This document shows, one piece after another, positions 49,172 through 60,093 of a DNA stretch of 64,000 nt (positions are counted from its first letter, which is position 1; each line of letters begins with the position of its first letter). The notes beneath the pieces were generated by a model. That model saw nothing but the letters and a program-made list of their open reading frames with translations. It made no database searches and was not told the origin of the DNA. The position numbers and the translations under genes were made by a program. This DNA comes from Eubacteriales bacterium. Its GTDB lineage: Bacteria; Bacillota; Clostridia; Oscillospirales; CAG-272. Location of the stretch: positions 354-64,353 of the forward strand of contig JAZTXP010000064.1 of the NCBI GenBank assembly GCA_045636465.1, read 5' to 3'.

Positions 49172-51970
49172 ATGAACTTCCACGCAAAAGAAAACGAAGC
49201 CGTTCTTGTTGATCTCGTGACTGACGCGAAGCTTGGTCTTACCGGCGACGAGGTAAAGTCGAGACAGGAAAAGTACGGCGAAAACAAGCTGCAGGAAAAG
49301 AAGAAAAAGACAATGTTCCAGAGATTCATGGACCAGTTCAAGGATCCTATGATCATCATTCTTCTTATCGCGGCGGCAATCTCATTCGGTCTTGCTATCT
49401 ACAACTTCAAGCACGATCCTATGGAGATCTTCGAGCCCATCCTTATTCTTCTCATCGTTGTGATTAACGCAGTTATGGGCGTTATGCAGGAGTCCAAGGC
49501 CGAGAAGGCGCTTGAGGCTCTGAAGAATATGTCTGCTCCCCACGCGAGAGTTATCCGCGACGGCGAAGAAAAAATTATCAACGCATCTGAGCTTGTAGTT
49601 GGCGATATCATTCTTCTTGAGGCAGGCGATTTTGTTCCTGCTGACGCAAGACTTCTTAAGTCTACATCCTTAAAGAGCGAAGAAGCAGCTCTTACAGGCG
49701 AATCTGTTCCCTCCGAAAAGGATGCCACAGTTATCTGCAAAGAAGACGCTCCCATCGGCGACAGAACCAATATGGTATTCTCCGGCTGCTCTATCACCTA
49801 CGGTACTGCTACTGCAGTTGTTACCGCTATCGGTATGGATACAGAGATGGGTAAGATCGCTAACCTTCTCGCAGGAGAGGAAGACGGTCAGACTCCCCTT
49901 CAGGAAAAGCTGGAGCAGCTCGGTAAGTATCTTGGCTACGTAGCCCTTGCTTGCTGCGGCGTTATCTTCCTTGTTGGTCTCTTTGCTCATCAGCAGAGTC
50001 CTCTCGATCTCTTTATGACTGCGGTTTCTCTTGCAGTTTCCGCTATTCCCGAGGGTCTTCCCGCTATTGTTACTATCGTTCTTTCCATCGGTGTTCAGAG
50101 AATGGTTAAGAAGAACGCCATCATCCGCCGCCTTCCCGCGGTTGAAACTCTTGGCTCCGCTTCTATCATCTGCTCGGATAAGACAGGTACTCTTACTCTC
50201 AACCGTATGACACTCACACACGCGTACGTTGACGGTATGGAGGGCACAGAGGAGATCTCCGATAACAACACCGACTCTATTAAGAACCTTCTTAAGCTTG
50301 GTACTCTTTGCTGCGACGGCTCTGTTACCTTCGCTGCTGACGGCAAGGAAACACACATCGGTGACCCCACAGAGACTGCTATCGTTGTTGCCGCTTACAA
50401 GAACGGTATGACTAAGGATGATCTCAACGAGGTAAATCCCAGACTCGGCGGTATTCCCTTCGATTCTGACAGAAAGCTTATGTCCACCATCAACGTTATC
50501 GACGGTAAGAAGATCGTTATCGTTAAGGGCGCTGTTGATATGATGGAAAAGAGATGCGTTTCCGGCAACTTTGCTCGTGCGCACGAAATCAATAGACAGA
50601 TGAGCGAGAACGCTCTCCGTGTTCTTGCAGTTGCATACAAGGAGATCGACGAGATCCCCGCAGAGCTTACAAGCGAGAATCTTGAAAACGGTCTCACCTT
50701 CATCGGTCTTGTTGGTATGATAGATCCTCCCCGTCCCGAGGCTAAGGTTGCCGTTGGTACTTGCCGTGAGGCAGGCATTAAGCCCATTATGATCACAGGT
50801 GACCACGTTCTTACCGCTACCGCTATTGCTCGTGAGCTTGGTATCTTCCTTGAGGGCGATACAGCTATGACAGGCGCAGAGGTTGACGAGCTTACCGATC
50901 AGGAGCTTGATGCAAAGCTTCCCGAGATCTCTGTTTACGCAAGAGTTTCTCCCGAGAACAAGATCAGAATCGTTAAGGCTTGGCAGAGACGCGGCCAGGT
51001 TGTTGCTATGACAGGCGACGGCGTTAACGATGCTCCCGCTCTTAAGGCGGCTGATATCGGTTGCGCAATGGGTATCACAGGTACAGACGTTGCTAAGGGC
51101 GCGGCTGATATGACTCTTACAGACGATAACTTCGCTACTATCGTTGACGCAGTTCGCGAGGGTAGAGGTATCTACGCTAACATTAAGAAGGTTGTTGGAT
51201 TCCTTCTCGGAACTAACATCGGTGAGGTTCTTACAGTATTCTTCACCATGCTTATCTGGGGACATACTCCTCTTCTTTCCATGCAGCTCCTTATGATCAA
51301 CCTTGTAACAGACTCCCTTCCCGCTATCGCTCTTGGTATGGAGGACGTTGAGGATGACATTATGACTCATAAGCCCAAGGCTAAGGACGAGGGTATCTTT
51401 GCAGGCGGTCTTGGCACAAGAGTTGTTGCTCAGGGCTTTATGTTCGGTCTTCTCACCATCATTGCTTACAGAATCGGCTTTAACGCAGGCTTCTGGGGTC
51501 ACGGCCTTGCAGAAGAGGTTGCTGAAGCCTGGGGTCAGTCCCTTGCATTTATGGTGCTTGCTCTTACACAGGTTGTTCAGGCCTTCAATATGAGATCGGA
51601 AAAATCCCTCTTCAAGATCGGTCCCTTCTCCAACAAGAACCTGAACCTTGCGGCTCTCGCATCTACCGCGCTTACACTTCTCGTGCTTCTCTGCCCCGGT
51701 GTTCGCGATATCTTCGGTATCGTAATTCTTGACTGGTGGCTCTACCTTGTAGGTCTCGGCCTCGTTATCATTCCTCTTATCGTTATGGAGCTTGCAAAGG
51801 CGCTCGGCTTCATCGAGCATCACACCGAGGCTGACGATAACAGCTTTGCGGCAAAGCTTGAAAGAAAGCTTGCTCCCGTAACCGATAAGGTTAAGGCAGC
51901 AGCTACAAAGGCTCTTGAAAAGGGCAAGAAAGTAGCCGAAAATGTAAAGGGTAAGTTTACAAAGAAGTGA
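49172..51970 (+). CDS. P-type IIA cation (Ca/Mn) ATPase, YoaB/YloB-like
   Basis: TGES, PEGL, DKTGTLT, MITGD, GDGVND. Confidence 0.95.
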   Translation: MNFHAKENEAVLVDLVTDAKLGLTGDEVKSRQEKYGENKLQEKKKKTMFQRFMDQFKDPMIIILLIAAAISFGLAIYNFKHDPMEIFEPILILLIVVINAVMGVMQESKAEKALEALKNMSAPHARVIRDGEEKIINASELVVGDIILLEAGDFVPADARLLKSTSLKSEEAALTGESVPSEKDATVICKEDAPIGDRTNMVFSGCSITYGTATAVVTAIGMDTEMGKIANLLAGEEDGQTPLQEKLEQLGKYLGYVALACCGVIFLVGLFAHQQSPLDLFMTAVSLAVSAIPEGLPAIVTIVLSIGVQRMVKKNAIIRRLPAVETLGSASIICSDKTGTLTLNRMTLTHAYVDGMEGTEEISDNNTDSIKNLLKLGTLCCDGSVTFAADGKETHIGDPTETAIVVAAYKNGMTKDDLNEVNPRLGGIPFDSDRKLMSTINVIDGKKIVIVKGAVDMMEKRCVSGNFARAHEINRQMSENALRVLAVAYKEIDEIPAELTSENLENGLTFIGLVGMIDPPRPEAKVAVGTCREAGIKPIMITGDHVLTATAIARELGIFLEGDTAMTGAEVDELTDQELDAKLPEISVYARVSPENKIRIVKAWQRRGQVVAMTGDGVNDAPALKAADIGCAMGITGTDVAKGAADMTLTDDNFATIVDAVREGRGIYANIKKVVGFLLGTNIGEVLTVFFTMLIWGHTPLLSMQLLMINLVTDSLPAIALGMEDVEDDIMTHKPKAKDEGIFAGGLGTRVVAQGFMFGLLTIIAYRIGFNAGFWGHGLAEEVAEAWGQSLAFMVLALTQVVQAFNMRSEKSLFKIGPFSNKNLNLAALASTALTLLVLLCPGVRDIFGIVILDWWLYLVGLGLVIIPLIVMELAKALGFIEHHTEADDNSFAAKLERKLAPVTDKVKAAATKALEKGKKVAENVKGKFTKK

Positions 51971-51999
51971 TAAATTCACTTTATAGATTCACATTAATC

Positions 52000-52034
52000 A
52001 AAAAAGTGCACCTGCTATTGCGGGTGCATTTTTT
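52000..52034 (+). terminator. Intrinsic terminator
   Basis: AAAAAAGTGCACCTGC...GCGGGTGCATTTTTT. Confidence 0.8.
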
Positions 52035-52104
52035 ATGGTATGACGGGCATACCGCTAAAAAAGGACGGGATTTCTCTCGTCCTTTTCTGCTTATATAAAA
52101 GATC

Positions 52105-52728
52105 TTATTTTTTCAATCTGATCGATTCCTGATATAGGGCATCTTTACTGTAGCCTTCAATATCATGGTTATAGGAGAGATATACTCCGTCCCATTTTGA
52201 AACAAATCCAAATGCATTCAAGTCTTCGTAATAATGATTTGGGTAAGCATATATAAAGCGTTTGCACTTTTCTTCATCGCAAAGGCAGTAAAAACGCAGT
52301 CCTATCCCCCTTACTCCATAGGTTTTGCCGTCTTCCTCGAGAGTTAACTTGGTGATTTTCACTGTAAATACCACTTCGGTGCATCCCGTCTCATCATATT
52401 CATAGTCCAAAAAGTTAAATTCAGACTGCCCTACTATCTCATAATATTCGGATTCCAAAACTGTCATCTTTATGTTGTTGTCATACATCACGGTCTTATA
52501 GAATTGCACGGTTATTGGTATCTCCTGCCCCATGCTTGTAAAGCCACACTTGGTGTCGGTGCAAAGATCGGAGCTGATTTTATAGTATATTCCGAATGAT
52601 AACGGTTCACCCCAACTGGGCTTGTATGGTTCTTCGAAATCTCCGTAAGTGTAAACCAGGTCACCAATCAAAGCCAGCGATATTCCTATTACAAAAAGCA
52701 GAAGCAAAAAGTTAAAGCCTTTTTTCAT
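52105..52728 (-). CDS. Hypothetical secreted or membrane-anchored protein
   Basis: N-terminal hydrophobic segment; AGGAG RBS 20 nt after the upstream gene. Confidence 0.7.
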   Translation of the reverse strand: MKKGFNFLLLLFVIGISLALIGDLVYTYGDFEEPYKPSWGEPLSFGIYYKISSDLCTDTKCGFTSMGQEIPITVQFYKTVMYDNNIKMTVLESEYYEIVGQSEFNFLDYEYDETGCTEVVFTVKITKLTLEEDGKTYGVRGIGLRFYCLCDEEKCKRFIYAYPNHYYEDLNAFGFVSKWDGVYLSYNHDIEGYSKDALYQESIRLKK

Positions 52729-52748
52729 ATTGATAGCTCCTTCCTATA

Positions 52749-55139
52749 TTATTTTTCTTCATCATTGTAAACATTAGTGTTGAGGTCTGTTTCAATTTTT
52801 ATATTTATCGCCGTAGGCTTAATAATTGGTACGATAGATGTTGTTATATATCCACAATCTCTACATGAGGGATTTACTAATCCGGCAACGAAAAAGTGGC
52901 TTTTATAAACAAATTCACCGCATAGGCAATATGATTTGTGTTGTGATGAACTGTATTTCAAATGCAAATGAGTATAATCGTGTACGTGATTAGGCGAAAA
53001 ATACATAGTATATGCACTATCATAAGACGTTACGTATTCGTTTGATACAGAGTTGTTTATATTCCCATTACACTCATATACTGTCACAGATACATAAAAG
53101 TTCGATGGATAATTAATAACCGTCTGCCAAAGTTGACTATCCACAGCAATTGTTCCAACATTAAGAGTATCTGTACTGATAGCTTGCGGAGTGGTACTGC
53201 CAATCGAATTGTAATCTTTATCATAAAAATTCACTTGGAATTTTCTTTTGTTGTAATATTTTCCTTCATTTGGTTCATCCCAAACAAATTTCACGTATGG
53301 ACTATCAGAAGTCATACTAGGTATCGTAGGGGCTGATGCAGTTAAACCATGCTCCACTAAAATCTCACCTATATATGTAAGCTGGCTATCAGGATAATAG
53401 CTATTTTTAAGATATTCAACAAATTGATAAAGAGTTTTTGCTCCACTTCCTGTAATACAATCCCAAATCCCCTCGTGACCAAGATTTATATTATCAAATT
53501 CTTCGGAATCTTCATCATTATGATTTTCGTAATCATACAAATCATACAACACTTGCTGTATTATTGTTTCATCACCTTCTGTACCTTCATAATTACTCTC
53601 CATTGAAATAGAAAAAGGAATATTGTATGATTTATATGCTTCATCTGCAAAGGTCGGAATATTGTATTGCCATATGCTATCTATATAATTAGATTTAAAA
53701 TACTGTTGTGATAATTCACCAAAGAATGTAGCATACCCTTCAGCCCAAGCTATCAAGCAGCCTTTATGCTTGCATTCTTCTTTCGTAAAAGCATAAAATT
53801 CAGCATCGCCCAGCTTTAACGCACAACCATTACTACAACTTTGATACATATTTGGACTATTGTAATGGGTTACATAATGCTCTGACATGTCATCTTCATG
53901 CCAATATCCCGGACTATCATCAATATCCTCATGATAAGCAACATGATGTCCATATTCGTGGGTCACTACATCACATGAAGCATACGGCGGGTATCCTGAG
54001 CCATCTACCGCAGTACTTGAAAGCATATGTATTGTGTCGTATTCCTGTTCATAAAAACACGAAAGTCTATTTTCGCTATGTGGATATATTACATATACAT
54101 CTACAACATCAGAACCTTTCATTTCTTCATAATACATAGAAGCGCATATGGAAGATTGTGCTATTTGCAAAGCTTCAACAAAAAATGTTTTTTCTTCATC
54201 GTCGGAGTATCCTTGCTCATAAATGTAATCTGAAATTGAATACGTACCCGTTGAAATATTATTTAGTTCATCTATGTCATTTCCCATTATCGAATCAATA
54301 TATACTCTGCCGTACCTATCCAGCACCTCAATATCACTACCTTGGGCATAAACGCTGATTGATAAATTTACAAGACCATCTAGGGCATTATTAGTAAACT
54401 CTATATAGTACTCACCGTTTTTATTCGTATATCCTTCATATATGGTTTGGGTTAAAGTATCAATTCTCGATACCTCTATTTTGCAAAACCTTAAAGGCTG
54501 GTGATTTCCATCCTTATCAGTCCATAATATTCTTCCTGTCACCGTTGTGTTTGGAACACTTGCGGTTATGCTTACTTCTTCTGATTTCTCATCCAAGATA
54601 GTTGTCGATGAATCTTTCAAATTTAATGTCAGTAATCCATTTTCTTGTTCACTATTTTTTGTATAATACTGATAAGCTCTTTCCGCCAAAAACTTTGCAT
54701 ATGGATTGACGTATAGTTCTCCTTCTCTTACCACACCAAACAATTTACTAGTTAATGTATCTCCATTATTAAGAAGTACATTAACAATCAGCTGCGGATT
54801 TTCATTTGACGATATATGTGTTACAGAAAAATGAATTTCATCACCAGTAATCATAAAATTATCAGTTAGTTCAAATCCATTTCCTAAAAACGCTATATCG
54901 ACAATTTCGCTCGATAGAGAAGTTAAAACAATCAAATCAATTTTTGCACCGACAGAGTGACGATCAGATTCAACGTAGAGATTTATCAAATTTCCGAAGT
55001 AAAAACTCGTTTCGCAATGGTCTACGTTGTTTTTAGCTTGTGTTTTGGTTTCAGTTTCAGCACTTACGGTTACCAGGTCAAAGTCTAAAAATGAGAAGGA
55101 AAGCGCAAGTGCCAGCAAAATTGTTAGTACTTTTTTCAT
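52749..55139 (-). CDS. Secreted zinc metallopeptidase-like protein (gluzincin-type); AT-rich
   Basis: Signal peptide; THEYGHH and downstream AWAEGYATFF; C-terminal Cys/His cluster. Confidence 0.72.
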   Translation of the reverse strand: MKKVLTILLALALSFSFLDFDLVTVSAETETKTQAKNNVDHCETSFYFGNLINLYVESDRHSVGAKIDLIVLTSLSSEIVDIAFLGNGFELTDNFMITGDEIHFSVTHISSNENPQLIVNVLLNNGDTLTSKLFGVVREGELYVNPYAKFLAERAYQYYTKNSEQENGLLTLNLKDSSTTILDEKSEEVSITASVPNTTVTGRILWTDKDGNHQPLRFCKIEVSRIDTLTQTIYEGYTNKNGEYYIEFTNNALDGLVNLSISVYAQGSDIEVLDRYGRVYIDSIMGNDIDELNNISTGTYSISDYIYEQGYSDDEEKTFFVEALQIAQSSICASMYYEEMKGSDVVDVYVIYPHSENRLSCFYEQEYDTIHMLSSTAVDGSGYPPYASCDVVTHEYGHHVAYHEDIDDSPGYWHEDDMSEHYVTHYNSPNMYQSCSNGCALKLGDAEFYAFTKEECKHKGCLIAWAEGYATFFGELSQQYFKSNYIDSIWQYNIPTFADEAYKSYNIPFSISMESNYEGTEGDETIIQQVLYDLYDYENHNDEDSEEFDNINLGHEGIWDCITGSGAKTLYQFVEYLKNSYYPDSQLTYIGEILVEHGLTASAPTIPSMTSDSPYVKFVWDEPNEGKYYNKRKFQVNFYDKDYNSIGSTTPQAISTDTLNVGTIAVDSQLWQTVINYPSNFYVSVTVYECNGNINNSVSNEYVTSYDSAYTMYFSPNHVHDYTHLHLKYSSSQHKSYCLCGEFVYKSHFFVAGLVNPSCRDCGYITTSIVPIIKPTAINIKIETDLNTNVYNDEEK

Positions 55140-55598
55140 GCCTCACTCCTTTTTTGTAATCGTGGTTGTTGAAATCTATATAAAAACGCTTCTGCGTTAC
55201 ATCTTTATTATAGCAGAAAAATCAAGGTATGTAAAGTAAATTTTTAGATAATTTGTTGTTTTTTATGATATTTAAGTTTTATTCACATTTTTTGAATATG
55301 TGAAAACTATCCCATTATATATACGCTTTTTCTTCCGGAAATTCTTCAAATTTCAAAAAAATTATTTATTTTTTTGTTTTTTACGTTAACAGCACAAAAG
55401 CGGCGCTCATTGCGAGCGCCACTTTGGGTATATTTTGTTCTTGGAAACTTAATAAAACAAATTAAAACAAATTCTATGTATTAAAAACCAAACAGCTTTT
55501 TTATAGCACCGAAAATTGAAGGCTTTGATTCACTGTTCGATTCACTGTTTGGTATCTCCTTCGTTTTTTATTTTAAAATTTATTTTTTATTACTTGCT

Positions 55599-58379
55599 TT
55601 AATTCATAAGGAATTTTGCCGTAACGGTTGCAGATCCGTCAGGTACAAGGTACAGTATATCATCATTGCTGATGAGCGTGCCGTCTATGAACCACCCTGC
55701 AAATTCGCATCCTTCACCGGGAGTAGCCATAAGTTTGACACAATATCCGTCCCGAACTATTACATCCGAAAGGTTAACCGCACCGTAGGATTTACTTTCA
55801 GGAGGTACGTTAACAAAGAGCTGGTAATAGGTTTCTCCAACAGTCAACTCGTTTGATGACTCAACAAATCCGATAATAAAGGGATATTTACCTTCAGAAA
55901 GATCAAGATCTTCAAGATCCCACACCCGGGCATTCCAACCGAGAGTCGACGTATAAAATTCGGTTTTTTCAAGCTGTTCCGAAGTACACGCACTGCCAAG
56001 AGTGTTATACGAAGCAACGTTATTATTTGTATTAATAACCTGGTCTTCATACCTATAGCAATTTGTAATCGTGCCATCTTCAGAATTTCCCACAAATCCA
56101 CCGGCATAAATATATGGGGCATTTTGCGCACAAATATTTACATTACCCGTAGCGTAGCATCCTGATACTGCTCCTCGGTTATCTCCCGCAAAGCCTCCTG
56201 CATACGCATTATATGAGGATGAAGACGCGCTTATATCGCCTGTGGCATAACATGCGGAGATCTCTCCCTCATCATTGAGCCCTATGAAGCCTCCCGCACA
56301 TGCCTCATGATATGCAGAAGCGCCGACGGTTACATTTGCATAACAATTGGAAATCGTGCCTTTGCTATATCCTATAAGACCTCCCGCACAAGCAGAAGAA
56401 CCGGAAATAGCGGAGATATTACCTGTGGCATAACATTTTTCGATCGTTCCATTGAAATTATATCCTGCCAGTCCTCCGGCATAGATTTCACCGGATATAT
56501 CAAGATCCACAGTAAAGTTATTTACACCAAGGTTATTTACTGTTCCTCCATCGATGTAGCCGAAGAGACCGAAATATCGGTAGAAAGCGTACCTTGGAGA
56601 AGATATTTTGAAGTTGCAAACCGTATATCCGTTTCCGTCAAAGTGACCGCTGAAGGCTCTATGACCAGAAAAGCTTCCGTTCCCGTAATAGTAGCATCCT
56701 ATAGGATTCCATTCCTTGCCGTTAAGATCAATGTGAGCGGTCAGGCGGTAATACCTATCATAGAAAGCATTATCGCTGCTGCCGTTGATAGCAGATGCCA
56801 GATAAGCAAGCTCTGCGCCTGTAGACACAAGATAAGGATCATTTTTTGTGCCACTTCCCTTTGCAAATCCGGTTGCAACACTGCCGTCCCATACATTTAT
56901 ATTATCCTCGGTAGGCGAGCCGAAACGACCGGTCAGAGCATAGTTGCTTGACGGCATTATGAAGGTGTACTCTCTATCTTTGCTGACAAGCTTATCTCCA
57001 TCAAACCAACCAAGGAAAGCATAGTCTGTCTTTTCTGCCGCGGTAACGGTTACCGACTGTGTTTCGTATGCTACGGAGGGCGCTGTTACTGTTCCGAATT
57101 CAGACGAATTAGCTTTTACTTCCAGGCTATAGTTTTTACAGAAGATCAACTCTATGGAAACATCTTCTGCAGGCATTGTAAATGTATACTTAGGCTCCGA
57201 TGATACCTTAGTGCCATCTATATACCAACCGCCAATCGTATAACCTTCATTTGCCGTTGCAAAGACAGTTACTGACTGAGTCTCGTATGCTACGGAAGGC
57301 GCTGCTACTGTTCCGACTTCGGGAGAATTTACTTTTACCTCCAGGTTGTAGCTTTTATAGTAGACCGCTTCCATAGAAACATCTGCCGAGGGCATTGTAA
57401 AGGTGTAGGTAATATCCGAGGAGACCTTTTCGCCACCAATATACCAGCCGCCGAACATGTAGCCCTCATTTACTGTGGCTGTGACAGTTACTGACTGAGT
57501 TTCGTATGCCACAGAGGGAGCAGTTACCGTTCCGGAGTCGGAAGAGCTTACTTTTATGCTAAGGTTATAGTTCTTATAACAAACAACCTCTAAAGAAACA
57601 GCCATATCGGGCATTATGAAGGAATATGCAAGTTCGGATGATACCTTTTCTCCGTCCTTATACCATCCGCCGAAGATATAGCCCTCGTTAACGGTTGCAA
57701 CAAGTGAAACTGCGTCACCAATGCTATAAGACCTTTCAAGACCGCTGACCGTGATACCATCATCAGCATTCACGATAACACCTATAAGCGCAGGGATAGT
57801 TTCCTGCTTAACGATTGTCTGATTACATACAGAGCAATGACTGCCCTCTGTCAATCCTGTTGTGCCTATACCGGGCTCCACCGCGTCATCCGTGACAACG
57901 GTGTGAGGAATCATATCTATGATCAGATCGGCATCGGCAGCCTTAACAGTACAACTCTCATCCAGATAACTATTTTTGCAAACTGTGCAGGTCCAATATT
58001 CCACATTGCCATAAGCGTTGCAAGCAGGCTCCAGGGCATTTGTATAGACAAGAGTATGTATATGAGATTCTCCGATAATAGGATATTTCTCCGGCTCCAA
58101 GGTATGATTCCAAAGATAAATAACGTCATCTATATCGGTATCATCGGAACCGTTTACGTCGGTATGCTGCGATACTGGATATTTATTGGGCATTAAGGTG
58201 TGCCTCAGTAAGTATGTGACGTCACCCTCATCCACAACAGAATCATTATTTATATCTCCTTCAATCGAGATATATTCAGAAGCACCTGATCCCGTATCTG
58301 CCAGGGCATTGATACAAAACAAGGATAAAATCACTGCTATGGCAAATATTATGGATATAATTTTGAACCTAATTTTCAT
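55599..58379 (-). CDS. Secreted protein: dockerin-like domain, Cys/His repeat, 73-aa InlB-B-like repeats, GLUG beta-helix
   Basis: GDINNDSVVDEGDV and DVNGSDDTDIDDV EF-hand pair; 219-nt repeats; GSGTKNDPY, FDGNG, AGGL/FxG repeats. Confidence 0.8.
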   Translation of the reverse strand: MKIRFKIISIIFAIAVILSLFCINALADTGSGASEYISIEGDINNDSVVDEGDVTYLLRHTLMPNKYPVSQHTDVNGSDDTDIDDVIYLWNHTLEPEKYPIIGESHIHTLVYTNALEPACNAYGNVEYWTCTVCKNSYLDESCTVKAADADLIIDMIPHTVVTDDAVEPGIGTTGLTEGSHCSVCNQTIVKQETIPALIGVIVNADDGITVSGLERSYSIGDAVSLVATVNEGYIFGGWYKDGEKVSSELAYSFIMPDMAVSLEVVCYKNYNLSIKVSSSDSGTVTAPSVAYETQSVTVTATVNEGYMFGGWYIGGEKVSSDITYTFTMPSADVSMEAVYYKSYNLEVKVNSPEVGTVAAPSVAYETQSVTVFATANEGYTIGGWYIDGTKVSSEPKYTFTMPAEDVSIELIFCKNYSLEVKANSSEFGTVTAPSVAYETQSVTVTAAEKTDYAFLGWFDGDKLVSKDREYTFIMPSSNYALTGRFGSPTEDNINVWDGSVATGFAKGSGTKNDPYLVSTGAELAYLASAINGSSDNAFYDRYYRLTAHIDLNGKEWNPIGCYYYGNGSFSGHRAFSGHFDGNGYTVCNFKISSPRYAFYRYFGLFGYIDGGTVNNLGVNNFTVDLDISGEIYAGGLAGYNFNGTIEKCYATGNISAISGSSACAGGLIGYSKGTISNCYANVTVGASAYHEACAGGFIGLNDEGEISACYATGDISASSSSYNAYAGGFAGDNRGAVSGCYATGNVNICAQNAPYIYAGGFVGNSEDGTITNCYRYEDQVINTNNNVASYNTLGSACTSEQLEKTEFYTSTLGWNARVWDLEDLDLSEGKYPFIIGFVESSNELTVGETYYQLFVNVPPESKSYGAVNLSDVIVRDGYCVKLMATPGEGCEFAGWFIDGTLISNDDILYLVPDGSATVTAKFLMN

Positions 58380-58449
58380 TGGCTTCTCCTTTTTATAAGC
58401 AACTGAAATCGGGTTGTATACAACATCGGATAGCATAGTCAGGTAAGTA

Positions 58450-59772
58450 TTATTCTTTATCGGAAATGTGGGAATTTCCGTTTTCGATATTCTCATCTGA
58501 TTCTATGTATTTCTCATCGTTTTTCAACTCGTCGGAGTTATCGGACTCATTGATAACATCCGTTTCTTCTGTAGTTATAACTCTGTTTTCTTCCGTCGGT
58601 GACTTATCATCCTCTTCACATTTATCAGAAGCTATCGGATCATTATTTAAGATTTCTCCGGATATATTTACTTCTTTTGTTTCTTCTGTTATTTCTTTTT
58701 GTTCTTCTGTTGCTTCTTTCAGCTCGCAATGCTCTTGTTTTTCAACAACCGATACGGACTCGGGATGGGTCTCATTGAAGCTTTCGTTCTCGGAAGAATC
58801 GGGAGTCTGCTCCACGCCATCAGAGAGCTCTTTTAACTCGGTCTGACTTGCGCCTTTCTCATCTGCATTTACAGTTTCTTGGTTGGTGTTTTCAACTTCC
58901 GGGATGACATTCGCCGGATCATCTCGGAATACCTCATTATTGCCTTCTGCAGGATCTCCGTGGGCTTGATCCGCGTAGTTTGCAGAACCGTAGGGCTGGT
59001 TTTTGCCTAGCTTCTTTTTACGAAATACAAGGAATATGTAAATAATAGTTATCATAATGATGGGCAAAACGATAAAAAGAAGATAACTATTAGGATTGCC
59101 ATCGAGTTTTTCTATGTTTTCTGTTTTTGTAAGATCACATATATTGCACTTGTATGTTTTTTCGCCTTTCTCCCGGGTCGTGGGCTCTTTTGTAACTGTA
59201 CCGCTGTCCCATTCATGAAGGGATGATTGAGCCTTAAAGCCACAAGAGCATTCCTGCCAATGGTTATCAGAATCGGATTTCCACCCCAAAGAGGAATGAT
59301 CACACTTTATTTCAACCGATACACTATTTGATAAAACTGTACGGTTTTCACTGCCGTCATTGATAATTATTTCAGCAAAAACAGTTTCCTGCCCCAGAGG
59401 AGCCATATACTTTGCGCGCAAGGTAAAGGTCAATACCTCACCGTCAATATCAATCGGCACGTCAAAGGCAATTACACCGTCGCCTGTTACAGTATTGAAA
59501 TCCGAAACAATTCCGCCCTCGGTAGTCCAGCTGCCCGAGACCAATTCAAATGCCTCATCATCAAAAACAGGAACAACTGCCATGCCCTTAATATTGCGGC
59601 CACCGGCTATACTGACCGAAAAAACTATTTCACTGTCGCGGACCACTTCGCTATCGGAGGCAACAGTTGCTTTGACACTTGTATCTGCAGAAGCCGCGAC
59701 GGTGAATGACATAACCTTTATCAACACAATTAACAACACCGCGAAATACTTTGTAAGCACTTTGCTTTTCAT
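58450..59772 (-). CDS. Membrane-anchored cohesin-like protein with a long acidic cytoplasmic tail
   Basis: Signal peptide; FDDEAFELVSG...GEVLTFTLRAK; TM then RKKK; D/E-rich tail. Confidence 0.65.
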   Translation of the reverse strand: MKSKVLTKYFAVLLIVLIKVMSFTVAASADTSVKATVASDSEVVRDSEIVFSVSIAGGRNIKGMAVVPVFDDEAFELVSGSWTTEGGIVSDFNTVTGDGVIAFDVPIDIDGEVLTFTLRAKYMAPLGQETVFAEIIINDGSENRTVLSNSVSVEIKCDHSSLGWKSDSDNHWQECSCGFKAQSSLHEWDSGTVTKEPTTREKGEKTYKCNICDLTKTENIEKLDGNPNSYLLFIVLPIIMITIIYIFLVFRKKKLGKNQPYGSANYADQAHGDPAEGNNEVFRDDPANVIPEVENTNQETVNADEKGASQTELKELSDGVEQTPDSSENESFNETHPESVSVVEKQEHCELKEATEEQKEITEETKEVNISGEILNNDPIASDKCEEDDKSPTEENRVITTEETDVINESDNSDELKNDEKYIESDENIENGNSHISDKE

Positions 59773-60093
59773 TTTATTCTCCTCGTTAAAAACCTTATTT
59801 ATCAGACAGTTTTACGAAAATCAATTTCTGTAAAATCTTTTATGCTCGTAAAGTATTTTAATATAAAACTCACAATTTGTCAATATTATTTTATCTTTTT
59901 TAAGCAGAAATGATCAAATTGTGATGTATAATGATGAAATTTGTCTCATATTACTGTTAGTGTTAATAAAATATTTACTTGACATCGCGGGGCAAAATTT
60001 GGTATAATTAAGGTGAAAAGAAATGGTATAATACAAAGAAAATATCTGCGCGGCTTTCTAAAAAAAAACGGCTCGCGCGGGAAGGAGCAAAAT

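Noticed and set aside
49670-51979. 769 aa antisense ORF (also 28595..29875, 22185..23291, 27267..28157, 8914..9783, 45316..46515)
   Set aside because: Shadow frames opposite strongly codon-biased genes that avoid TTA, CTA and TCA codons; no RBS or protein motifs.
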